64,000 nt of DNA. Origin: Octopus bimaculoides (lineage: Eukaryota). Position numbers and translations under genes: made by a program. Under the pieces are notes generated by a model that saw nothing but the letters and a program-made list of their open reading frames with translations, made no database searches and had not been told where the DNA came from. Shown in pieces: positions 26,501 through 39,993 of the stretch (position 1 is its first letter; each line of letters begins with the position of its first letter). The stretch spans positions 93,058,102-93,122,101 of the forward strand of contig NC_068985.1 of NCBI RefSeq assembly GCF_001194135.2. Reading direction: 5' to 3'.

Positions 26501-29500
26501 CATTTTTGAGGTTAGTATATCATTTTCTTGGTTTCAACGTCTAGAATCCAATAAAGTTGGGAGGAAGAACCAGTGAGGCTTGCAATAAGGTTAAAATCCA
26601 GCTGAAAATATTATGCCTCGATGCTATTGACACAACACTCACTCACCCAAACTTAGACCAGACTTTAGTAACACACCATTATAAGCACACATGCTCAATC
26701 AATAACCTTGGTGTGGTTCCTCTTTCGTTTTCCGAGGTGTTATGACTCATTTTCTAATATTCCTCATTACCATCATAACGATAATGGGCTATTATCTTAC
26801 TATCTTGTCTTAAAGATACTAACTTTGGTATATTAAAACACAAACAATACCTTTGGGTGGGGGTCTCTGTATGTATTTTTCTAGGTATCATGGCTAAAAT
26901 ATTCAATGGAATACACCGTCTTGTAGTACCAGTATATTCTACCAGGTGAGAAAGATGCAGTCATTGTTTCACCTTTCAGATGGATACATAAATAACTAAT
27001 TTTACATAGGTGAAATGATTAGAAGAGGTCTTCGGGATCCTTTTAAGACCAAAACCACCTTCCTAACTTCATTCCTTGCCAAGATGTCGCATTGTGAAAG
27101 TCATGAAACTTTGCATTTTTATTGATTTTTAAGTTGGGGTGCTTACGACTGTCTGTTACTAAATGCCTCATACTCAAGACCAAACATGCTTGTATCAGTC
27201 ATACCTTGCTCATATTCCTTACTTGCATACAGAATTGTGTTCAAGTAAGAAATGTTCCAGTAGCTTATGTGGGTCTGGTATTAAGTTAAAGCAAAATTTA
27301 AAGTAAACTAAGAAGTCAGGATTATTCTGCATTTAGTATATAGGCTACATGTTTAATTATGTCGGTAAAACTCATACATGGTAATGGTTCCCACACATTT
27401 ACATGGCAGAAATACACACATGTATGTGTATTCATCCATGAAATACACTATACACACCCCTGTAACACTTGCTGTTATGCTTCTTTACTCATTTAATCTC
27501 ATATACATCCTCAGGCGACATGTGCACTTTGATACACATCTCTCTTTCTTTCTCTTTCTCTCTCACATACACAGTCTTTCAAACAGTTTTATTGTTTGTT
27601 TTACATCTATGCTTCCCTGTTGCTTACTCTTTCTCACCATCCAAGATAAACATGCAAAAAAAATAAGCTACATTCCTCTAATTAAGCAACTCACTTTCTT
27701 CTGTCCTTAATAATTCTTAGTCTTCTTGCTTAAAATTGTTTCTAATTAACTTTGAAATATCTTTTGATTATTGAGCTGTGCAGACAATTAGAATTTTCCC
27801 TGCTGCTTTGGCTACCAGTCACTTTAATATTTCATGAAATAAGATAAAGCTAAATAACAAAACAAAAAAAAAAGCTGTTTTCATATTTTTTCTAGTTTTA
27901 CAAATAAAAGATTAACTCCTTACACAATTTAATTTTATTTTATAAATGCATATTTCACACCAACTAGCTACACTGATGTCATTTTCAGTCAGGTGTCATG
28001 TTACAAATTAGATGTTATCAGTTAAATGAAGTTAGTAAGCTCATAAAACTACATTTACTCTCATTAGGATGTGTCAAAAACTCAATATCTTCAGAATTTT
28101 AAATACAAATGTTGTTGCATCAGGTTCATTTATTTTGTTGTTGTTTTTTTCTGTTCTTTTTTTTTAAATAATTCCTTGTTGGTATACTGTGTGGGTGAAG
28201 GTGATCTCATGCAAGATGGTAAAAATTCATCAGTTGAAACAAAATAAATTATAAAACATATGAAATAAATTATAACATGTATGAACTACAAAAAAAAAAA
28301 AAGTAGCAATGAAATTTTATTTGAATTTAGTATAAATTTTATTATTCATATTGATTTCTTTCTTTTTATTTTAATAGTCCTTGAATTTTTTCCTATGTAT
28401 CAGTAAATTTTCATAATTCCTTCTTGAGAGTAAGAATACAAAAACCTTCATATCCAAAGTATAAATGAGAAACCAAAAATGTAACCTGAAAATGTATTTC
28501 ATTTACCAGGTCATAATTCAACTTAATACCTTCAAAAGTCAATTTTGTTTTTATTGGTATCCATTTTTATAAAGAAATAAGTATATATTTATATTTTCCT
28601 TTCCAAATTAACCCAATCAGAGTAAAAATAGCAAATATCAGTTGATTATTGCTACAAAAAATCTTTATTAAACATGTCTCCTATTTATACTGTTGGTGGT
28701 AGATTTTGTATTCTTACAATCGTTCATCTTGTATTAACCATCAGACTTCTTTTGCTACTGCTAATTAATGTGTAGAGTTTCTGAGGAGTGGGTTTAAGTT
28801 CATCAGTGTACATATATATGCATGAGAGAATCTTTAGTACAGTTATGCTGTACCATTGTAGGACACCTTGAGTGGTATGCCCTTCACAGCTCCAACCATA
28901 GTGGAACAAATGAGACGATACCTAGACAACGAGGTAATTATAGATACGTGCCAACCTTATATCAGCTGGTTGAAAGAAACTTTACCCCAGTGCAGCCTGT
29001 AGAGAGCTGTTTGTATGTTGTTTTTTTTTTCTGTATTATTAATTTTATTACAATTGTCTCTCTTTGATTTTGTATTTCAATACAAAACTAAAATAAATTT
29101 CGTTTTCCACCATCTTTTTATTAAAGTATTGACAACTGAAATTTCTCCATCCAAATTTGTCACTTTTCATTTAATTTTATTTCTATTAATTTGATGTAAA
29201 GCCAAGTAAAAATATTTAAATATAGTAAATAAGGTTAGATGGTAACTTAATATCAACTTTTAGCATTTAGCTGACCAACATGTTTTGACAACGCACAGTT
29301 TGACTGATTATACTGTTCTAGCATTCCTAAGAGTCTATAATTCCAGATATTACATTTCGACTTTCTAGCAATGTATCATTAAAAACAATATTTCCAGTGT
29401 TGTTTTACCTGACATTTGCCATTTTCTGCTTATATGAATTATATCTAAACATAGATAATACTCTCGTGTGTTTCTATAAACCCTTATTCAGTTTGTGAAA

Positions 29501-32500
29501 CTTGAAGTGTGTCTAAAATTCAAAGCAGATATGTTAATTATAAAATAGATGTATTATTAGACTTTCATGTGTTGACAATTTAATTTATTAATCAAATTAT
29601 TATTGTTCTTCTTCTTTTCCTAAGTTAATTCTTTAGCATTACTTACGTGTCTTTGAAATTATTGCTTAAACTTATGCCTGTCAGGTTCTATATCCTCCTT
29701 TTAACACTTTCTGTTATGGTATCTTTTTGTCTTTCACAGAAATGAGATAGATAAATTATTGAGTGCAAACGCTAGCTTTAGAAATTATAGTTACAGATAT
29801 TCAAACAAACAATGCGTATGTGAAGTATTTGTAGTCATCATAATAGTACTAGGCATTAAAGTGGGGTGAGTGGTTGTGCTTCTGATATTTATGGAGCCTT
29901 CTTTCACACTCGTGTATAAAGTATAAGGTGTATGACACATGCAAGCCTGATGAAATGGATGTAGAATGAAATGAATGCTATATACAGGTTTTGTGTATGT
30001 GCACACATATGTACATCTGCAATCTGCATGTCTTTGAATGTATCTCCTGTAAATAATATATTTGTTTTAGGCATAGGAGTGGCTGTGTGGTAAGTAGCTT
30101 GCTTACGAACCACATGGTTCCGGGTTCAGTCCCACTGCATGACACCTTGGGCAAGTGTCTTCTACTATAGCCTCGGGCCGACCAAAGCTTGTGAGTGGAT
30201 TTGGTAGATGGAAACTGAAAGAAGCCCGTCATATGTATGTGTGTGTGTGTGTGTGTGTGTGTTTGTCCCCCAACATCGCTTGACAACCAATGCTGGTGTG
30301 TTTACGTTCCCTGTAACTTAGTGGTTCGGCAAAAGAGACCGATAGAGTAAGTACAAGGCTTACAAAGAATAAGTCCTGGGGTTGATTTGCTCGACTAAAG
30401 GCGGTGCTCCAGCATGGCCCCACAGTCAAATGACTGAAACAAGTAAAAGAATAAAAGAGTTTAATGCTGGTCTTTTAACTGGTGAAGTCTAAGTAAAGAA
30501 TTGCAACAACAACACCATCCAACTGTAAAAAACTGTTTCAATAAGTCTTTGTCCTCTCCATCCATGCCACCATGGAAAAGCAGAAGTAAAATCAGTTACA
30601 CACACACACACACACGGAAGCACACCATGTTCATACACATGCACAAAATGCTATATTCTCAATATACTTTATGTTTGCATTATATAAAACATGTATATTC
30701 TCTAAATTTAACTTTGTATGAGGGATGTTTCATAGCCATTTATTTGTTTCATTTGCAACTGTACATTTCTGAGCTCCTTCAACATTTCTAAACTTCCCCA
30801 GTCTTATTTTCTGTGAAAAACATTTTAGATGCATTTGTTGTTATTTCATTGGGCTGTTTTTCTTTTTTTTTAGATGAATATTATAAGAATTATGTCTGTT
30901 TTTCATTTGTTATCACCTTACTCCATATTATTTTTATTTATTTACATTAGACATCAGGTTATTTTCAGTAAATCAGAAGATAATGTAGCTGTAGTGTCTG
31001 GTTAGTTTGTTGCTCAAGTATGCTATCTGTTGGTGGAAGTCTTTTGTTAAATATTATTTTTTATTTTCTAGCTTCCATGAGCAATTTTCTCCTTCTATTG
31101 GGAGTTTTATATAAATAGAGTTGTGTTGTTAACTCACGTTTCTAGTTAGTTTACTTTTCTCTTCTGTATTCTTATGTTTTATAATGGCTCCTTGTTCTAG
31201 ATGCATGGTGTGCTGACAAAAAAGTGAGGTACCCATATGAATAATGTAACTGATTATGAAGTCTAGAAATTTCATACTTGCCTATAAATCTTTAAATTAC
31301 ATTAGTCATATGAAATTTATTCAGCAGTTGGTAGATTTGTAGTTGAAGAGATTTTTAAACTTGGATTTTTTTTAAATTTTATTATTTACAATTATTTTTT
31401 TTTCTTTTGGACATAATATGACCAGTAGTTTTTGACAGAATATAATACTTACAACCTTCTGTTTGATGAGTTCCTGATAACAGCTTCATGTATTATGTAA
31501 CCAAGATGTTTTCGGTTCATGTAATACATATATGTTGGTTTGGTTTTTTACTTAGTCTCTAATTAATGTATTCAATTGGTTTCTACTTTCTGTAGAGAAT
31601 GGTCTATAATAAATTTGCTTTGTATATCTGTCACTGACTGGCATTTTTGTTTCACTCACTTAGCTTTTTCCTTTTCTTTTTTTCTTGGTTTTGTAGTTTC
31701 TCTTTGTACAATAGAATCAAAAGTGCCTTATGAGTTGGTAGTTTATTGATAATATTGTTTTTGAATTTCTCGTTTTTCATCCATGTGGGCAGCATACACA
31801 CAAACACATGCGTCTATTTGTTGGTTTTGTAGTATAAAAGCTTATGAGAGTTTGGCACCCCCATGCATCCAGAGCGTGGCAACCTTATTGCATATCTAAC
31901 ATGTGGATGTGACATAGCTTTATATGCTTGTCATCATCTTCATCATCATTTTTTTAGTGTCCCCTTTTCTATGTTTTCATGGGTCAGACAGAGCTTATTG
32001 AAGCAGACTTTTTTTTTACAGCTTGGTGCCCTTCTTATTGTCAGCCTTCACTTGGTTTCCAAGTAAGGTTCCCCATGGCCAGACATGTTTCCATAGAATA
32101 TTGGATAGGAATGGTACTGCTTGTATAACAGTAACACCCACTTATAACTATCACAGAATGTTAAGATGTTGGAGATAAAAACATAGTCACACCTGTGTGC
32201 ACACACACCCACACACAAATATATGACAAACTTTTGGATGGAAGTTCATAAACCCATTACTCTATTACTATGTACGTTTCCACATTGGAGTTAAATCAAA
32301 CACTCAATGCTCCACCCTCACAGAGCATGTACACTGAATTCAGAACAAAGAAATTCATGACCATTCTCTTTTACTTCTCTTATATTACTGATTCTACTCT
32401 CTCTTTTCCTCTTCCTATCCACACACGCCCACTTGCACTGATCTAAATACAAAGTGAATCACTACATACATCCACCCTCCCATTTTGTTTATGTATATAT

Positions 32501-32775
32501 GTAATAGGCTTAGAATTATTTACTAGCCTGTATGGTCTGGCTAAGTCAAAATGTTTTTTTGTACTCTTCCTTTCTACTTGGTGAGTCTAAATGTATTTAT
32601 AAAAATATGTCCTTCTGTTGAAATGTAATTTCAGTAAATTTCTATATCTTTGTGCAGCTGAAGATTGCTGTGCATTTTACATTTAATGTTGTGTTCACAT
32701 TGCTTAATGAAATGGAGTCGCATGAAATGATCATACTGCATTACCTCTGGATATCCTTGTTGCTTATTTTGACTT

Positions 32776-32807
<32 letters not shown>

Positions 32808-33404
32808 GGCACTCCGTCGCTTATAACGTCGAGGGTTCCAGTTGATTCGATCAACGGAACAGCCTGCTCATGAAATTAACGTGCAAGTGGCTGAGCAATC
32901 CACAGACACGTGTACCCTTAATGTAGTTATTGGGGATATTCAGCGTGACACAATGTGACAAGGCTGGCCCTTTGAAATACAGGTACAACAGGAAGAAAGA
33001 GTGAGAGAAAGTTGTGGTGGAAGAGTACAGCAGAGTTTGCCACCATCCCCTGCCGGAGCCTTGTGGAGCTTTAGGTGTTTTCCCGGTCTGGGAATCAAAA
33101 CCGTGATCCTATGACCACGAGTCTGCTGCCCTAACCACTGGGCCATTGCACCTCCACTAAATATATATATATATATATATATATATACTTTTCTACTCTA
33201 GGCACAAGGCCCAAAATTTTTGGGGAAGGGGACAGTTGATTAGATCAAGCCCAGTACACAACTGGTACTTAATTTATCAACCCCGAAAGGATGTAAGGCA
33301 AAGTCAACTACAGTGGAATTTGACCTGAGAACATACAGACAGACAAAATACCACTAAGCATTTTGCCCGGCGTGCTAACGTTTCTGCCAACTTGCCTTAT
33401 ATAA

Positions 33405-33441
<37 letters not shown>

Positions 33442-36400
33442 CATACATACACACTTGTGCTATATGTATATACATATGCATATCCCCCACCCCACCTGCC
33501 ATAACCCATGCCAGCACCAGCATGGAAAACAGACATTAAACTATGATGATAATGATGATATATAAACACTCACACATTGATTTGTATTTCATACCATTCA
33601 TTTTACTTGATTGGTCTCTGCCATTCCTTTAACGCTTGATAATTGTATAATTTTCTTTTTCTCTAAAGTAGTTTAAGATATATGATGTGAAGTTTCATAT
33701 CTCCTTTACTTCCTCTCTGTTGAGTATTTCATTGAAGTAGATATTTTCTCTGAAAAAGTCTAAAGTAAAATGTCCTACATCTGACTTGTTGCTAAATACC
33801 ATCTGTTGTTACTAGAACACTATCGTTATATAGTAGTGGGGTAAGAGACCTTTCTATTCCCATATTTATAGTTGATTGTAAACTAAGTTGTCTTGAACAT
33901 TATTATAAATTTTTTAGATTCTTTCAATTTTTCTCTCTCTGCCTTCATGTTTAACTTACCTTATGACATTTCTGAGTAATAATGATAAATATTGCCATTT
34001 AGATTTTTATTCTTAAAACATATTATTTTAAATTTAAGTTGGATTAAACTTTTGATTCCTGTGTCAGCCAGACTCAATAATTCATAGTTTGTTAAACAAT
34101 TTTTTTTTATATTCTTCGAACGTTTTTATTTCTTTTGTAACACAGACAGTAAAAGATATATAACTTCAGTTACATACATAAAAAATTCTAACATACACAC
34201 ACACATACAAATAAATACATGCACACACATTTGCTCATATTTGCTCATACCTAGGAAATGAAATTTACCTCAAAAATAAAAGTAATTTTGTGTCATTCTG
34301 AATACTTATAATGGCTTCATATTTGCAGCTATTTTGAGAATATATTAGGCCAATCCTTGTAAGAGAGTTTACTTGTCTAATTTTACTTATTAAAATGCAG
34401 TACTAGTTCCATTAGTAATATGATTAATTAAAACCAAAATTATGATCATAAGTCAATGTTAGTAACTTTTTCTTTTATTGGTTTTAATCTCTCGAGGATG
34501 TGGTTGTGCACTTGGTTTTTGGCTGGCCTCCTTTAACTGGTATAATTGATGCTATTAATGTTCCTCTTGAACTGATGAAAATCGGTGGCTGCAGATAAAC
34601 ATGTGCAGGAAAGAATTCCAGAGAGGCAACTCCTTTCTAGGGCTGAAAGATTTGGTATGTGGGGTTTGCCTGATGGATTCATGAAAGTGAATCAGAAATG
34701 CTTTTGTGAAGATAGCATCAGAACATCCAATTTTGATATGTAAAAGCTGCTGTAGTCACAGAAGAAAAGCCAGGCAGAGGAAACGGCGGCATGTCTGTGA
34801 GCTATTGTTGGAGTGTGTTGGGGAATGACTTCATGTCAATCAGTCAGTTGGCCTTTCCTTGGATGCCATTAAGGATATCTATGTGTAAGTGTGTGTATTT
34901 ATAAAGTACCGCCATCCCAGATTGAGAGCTGCCCTCTATTGTGGGTATCATCTGAGCTTTGTAAAGGATAGATGGATGATGAGATCTCAAGTGTTTCCTA
35001 GCTCTGAGGCAGAAGATCAGTCTTTGTAATGTAGTCTTTACTATGTTGACGATGGGCATATGCTAGGAGGGATCTTCAGTGAAGGTCATGCTAAGCTTTT
35101 GAAGAGATTTTGAAGCTTCTAGCTTTGTGATGTTTCTGTTATTTTTTATGGTGAGAGGACCACAATTATGTCTTATTGTGTAATCGTAGTGTTTTTTTCA
35201 TGTTCATGGAGACTAGATTAACAACACCACTGGAGAATGTTGAGGAGGTCAGCGCCAAGTTTTTGAAGACTTAGTCATCATTGTTTTAAAAATACTTTAT
35301 TCAGCTCTTAGTAGCGAGGAGACATCTTAGATTTTTGAAATGCATAAATTTGTCTGTGCTTATGAGATAGTGTGTTATCTCTTCAATTAGATAATGTAAT
35401 AATTGTCGGAAGATATAGTAGTGAACTTCAAACGGTTAAGCTAGAAGATTTGAGGCTACTTTGAGTAAAATATAATTAATATTTATACAGAAAGTATATA
35501 ATGTAATGACCCAATAATAGAAATAAATGTTGAAGGCTTGAAATTTATATTATTTTGTTTTGGGTAGTATAGCCCTGAGTAAAATTGGATATTTTTCAAT
35601 GAGAAAATAAATATCATGAGACTAAAGTGGATAATAGACTATCATGAAACAGTTGTAGGTATTCTTAATTTTAAATTATATATTTAGACTCAAGGTGGCT
35701 GCATGCAATGGAAAATATTTCATGGTTAATAGAAATTACTTATCTGGTTTCTGTAATGCAATAAACAAAGATTAAATTAAACAGATGCAAGTGTATAATT
35801 GAAATCACAATTTATGTTCCAATGTAAAATGGAGATGAGAAATAAACTGAATATTGACATATTGTTGTTTGACCCTAGGTTAGCAATGATTGAACAAAAT
35901 GGTTGAAGCATTTCAGCTTTGACCATCTTGGGTTGTTTTTTTTTTTTTTCTTGTTCAAAGTGTGTTTAGGATCTTTGTCTTTTCATTTTTTTTTTCAAGT
36001 GGGATTTTATTTGAGGAAGATTTGGTTGCTATTTCTAACAGGCCAAACAACCATGTAGAAGCTCCTTCATAGGCTTGAGGCAAGTCATACTCTACGCAAA
36101 CATTGCAAGTTTTCTGTAATTAACGAAGCTGACAAAGAGAATGTTCCACTGTAGATATATGAAAGAAATATTGTGAAATTAAGAATCATTAATTAACTCA
36201 GTTCTAAAAGCTAAAATTCTACCGTATCTCTAGATCGAGCAAATTTATAAATTTAGTAAACTCATACACCTAGCAAACTGGTTGGGTTGTGGGATGTGTT
36301 GCATTGTGGTATTTGTTCTGGCTTTCTGCACTCTGAGATCAAATCCTGCCATGGCCAACTTTGTCTTTTATCCTTTCAGGAATCATAGAATAAAGTACCA

Positions 36401-39400
36401 GTACTTTGTGGTATTTGTACCTCCTCTTTGCAATCTGTGTTCTTGGGTGGTAAACTCATTTTGTCACCTGGTTAACATTGTCACCTAGTTTTTAGGTGAC
36501 TTTAAACAGAATTCCAGGTGTCTGCTTTGGACATATAGCAAATTATGGTGCTTTAAACAAATCTGTAAAAGAGGCCAGATGCCCTAAAGCGAAAAGAGAG
36601 ACTTTTGACTTGTTTATTATTGGCATAAAGTTCCTATGAAATTGCTTTAAAGATTTGATAGCCATAAATTTAACCAAACATATGGTAGCAGGTGGATGAC
36701 AAATTTCAGTTGAGCCTCAGGGAAAATTCCTTATGGTATTTTATTATGTTCTGACCTTAAATCTGATTCATTTTACAGAACTTGTTGGAGGTGAGCAAAA
36801 TAATTACCAGTTATTAAAATTATTTTTGAGATTAATGTTATTAACTGCACTTTAGAAGATAGTGCTCTAGTATGGCCACAGTGCAATGATTGAACCATGT
36901 AAAAGAATGTTTGCTCTAAATGCTAATAATACATGGGCCCATGCGAATTCACATGCAAGCCCCACCTACCCATACATGCAACCATATATTCAAAGAAATG
37001 TGTATTGCTTCAGTTTCACTTGAAAATAAGGTGGATTTATGTGATGAAAGCACTTTTTAGAAGTGTTTGAATTAAACTTGCCTATCACAATCACCTTCAC
37101 CTTTGACTTATTATAAATTGACAAGCCCTTTGTAAATTATGGTTTTAATATCCTTATATTTTCATTTATTTTATAATCAATAAATGATTTTATACAATGT
37201 AACACTTTGTTCTATTATACATGGTCTGAATAGACTGCCTTCCAGAGAAGATTCATTATAAATTCTGAAGTAAATTTCAAATACTGATCTGCATTGTTAA
37301 TCTTTGGCTATTTCCTTTCTCTTGAGTTCTAAAGTAAACCACTGTATCAAATTTGATTAAATCTAGCAAAGCTGATTTCATTTCATTTTTAATTTTATGC
37401 ACTTTATAAATATTAAATAAAAATAAACAATATTTATACTGATTGAAAATAAAATCTTCTTGTTCCCAGAGTAATTTTTTATATAAGGTTTGCAAGTTCC
37501 ATATTGTCAATCTCCACGAATCCTATAAGATTATAAAATTAATTGCCTATATGAAAATAAACTAAAGTTTTATTTGTTTAAAAAATGACTTCCTGATATT
37601 CCCCTAAGAATACTTTTTGTGAATGTAAAATTTCTCTTAAAATTCTAGTTGTGAAGAAAATCCTTTTACAGCGACTTCTGTTAGCAAGTCAATATTTCAT
37701 TTGCATGTTCATAGAGATTGTGTTAATTTTTATTTATTAAATAAATCACCTTGTCAAAAACAGTTTAATTCTGAAAACTTGGCAGCTATAGTCATATGTT
37801 ATTCATTTCTAGACAAGCAGAATTGAATATGATCAGCCGGTAGTGGTTTTAAATATCATCTTCCCCACCCACCCTCTTTCTTATTTTGCTTCTTTTAATA
37901 CCATCCATGATGGCCATTTGTTTGGAATGTATTGTATTGAGAACAACATATCTGTTTTGCACATATCTTCATAGTCATAAACGTAGGGCATTTGTTTGTC
38001 TTAGACTTTTATTACTAACTATTTGGATAATATTTATATTTAATTTATAATCATTTTATTATCTCTTGGAATTACTTTAGTGTGGACCAATCATTCATAT
38101 TTTCTGCTTCTGAAATTTTAGTACAGAATTAATAAAGATAACTTTTAGAAAGTTTATCGAAATTCTGATGTGTTTAGTTGAACATATGTTGGCCATATAC
38201 AAATTGGAAGAAAAATGAGATTTTATCCATGAAGGGAAAATGTGCAGTGGTCCATGTCTTCAGTAAGGAAAACAATGAGAAGCTGTCAGAGAATACATGA
38301 AAATAATATCCTCAAATGTAGAATTGCATTTGTGTTATATGATATTGGCTGTGCTCTGATGCAAAAATCTGACTGGTCAGTGTAATATTCTAATCAGTTA
38401 AGCAGTCTATATCTGCAACTGTCAAAGTTACTGAAGTAAGTTGATGGGGGCCTTGGATACTTTTCTTCTTGTGCAATCTATGACCACTGCTCTAGACTAT
38501 GTTGTAATTGGAGATTTTTCTGATGTATTTGAAAGATACATAACAAATAAGTGTTGGTTATATATGGCTGTGCTAAAGAAGCCTAGCATTATTGATGTAC
38601 TACAAGAGATTCTTTAGTTGGTAGATGTCAAAACACATTTATTTATTTCAGTGAAGAAGCCATTTTGTCAATTTGTTAGAAGCAACTAAGTAATGAACAA
38701 AGAAGTTTTGCTAAAATTTGAATTGCAGCAGACTACAACAATAGAATAATTCTTCATTCCTCATTACTGTAATGTTTGATTAACCTTGCCATCCTACACT
38801 TGTAAACATGATCAAATGAGTAGTTTTAAAGATCAAAAGTAAATGTGACATCAGGCAATAGGATAAATAAGACTGAAGATCAGAACAGCTTTGACCCAAA
38901 TCATTTCATTAATGAAATTAGTTTTTAGAATAGCTGAGTAATACTCATGACATCTTACTTCAAAGCCAAAGGGCAGACATAAGAATCTTTGCATTTTCTT
39001 CATCTGAATGAAAAATCTCAAGAAACTGACTGAGAAAGATTTTGTCTCTTCCCATTTAATATACTTATCATAAAGCACACTTCCTGTAAAATAACATAAT
39101 AGCAAATATAACTGTGGTAAATAGTGAAAGTTAATGGAAAATTTAGAGAATTACTAAATTATATTTCAGTTGTAGTTCCATGTGGTTACAAATAATGAAT
39201 GTTAAGTAGTATACTTGACATCAGACTTCTATTTATAAACAATAAGATATAATCTTCTACTTTAATATCTACATTTTTCACAGAACAAACATTTCTTGTA
39301 TAAACCACGAAAATATTAAAACTTCATTTATTCTCAGTACTAATATAATTCACCAGTAAACTATTACTACTGGACTAACTGTATGTCGATTCTGTATGTG

Positions 39401-39951
39401 AACCACCCTTTAAAAAGATAAATGTTGAACTTAACCATTTAGTTAACAGCTACAGTGACATTGAAGAAGATTCAGTGCTAAAAGATACGACAATATATCA
39501 GTCCCAGACAAATGTGGCATTTATCTGTGTAATTGAGACTCGGTTCCTCAAGAATTTGTCAGACACAATATTTTGTCCTTTTGCTTCACTTCAAAGCTAA
39601 TGCAGGAGCCTCTACAGTGTCACTCAACTTGCTAGAAATGACAGTCAAATCTCTATCAAATCACATCCTTCTGTCTTCAAAGAAGAAAAACACATTCAAC
39701 AATGTATCTCCTAATATATAAAAAGATGAGATGGTGATAGCTGGAACATTTTTGATCACAGATTTACTTAATCAATGCTAACCTGGGGCTAGACAACAGA
39801 ACTGAAAGCCTCAAGTGTCTTCTGTAGGTGTACTTATAAGATAGAACCTTGCTAATATGGGCTTAGTATGTTTCAATTATATAATTATCACATGTGGGTA
39901 GGGTTCGCACTTTTCACTTGCACTTTTTACAAGTCTACACACACACGCACA

Positions 39952-39993
<42 letters not shown>

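Noticed and set aside
39449-39600. Open stretch YSDIEEDSVLKDTTIYQSQTNV after ttaacag
   Set aside because: Open only in phase 2, has no strong compatible donor, and lies in repeat-like sequence.
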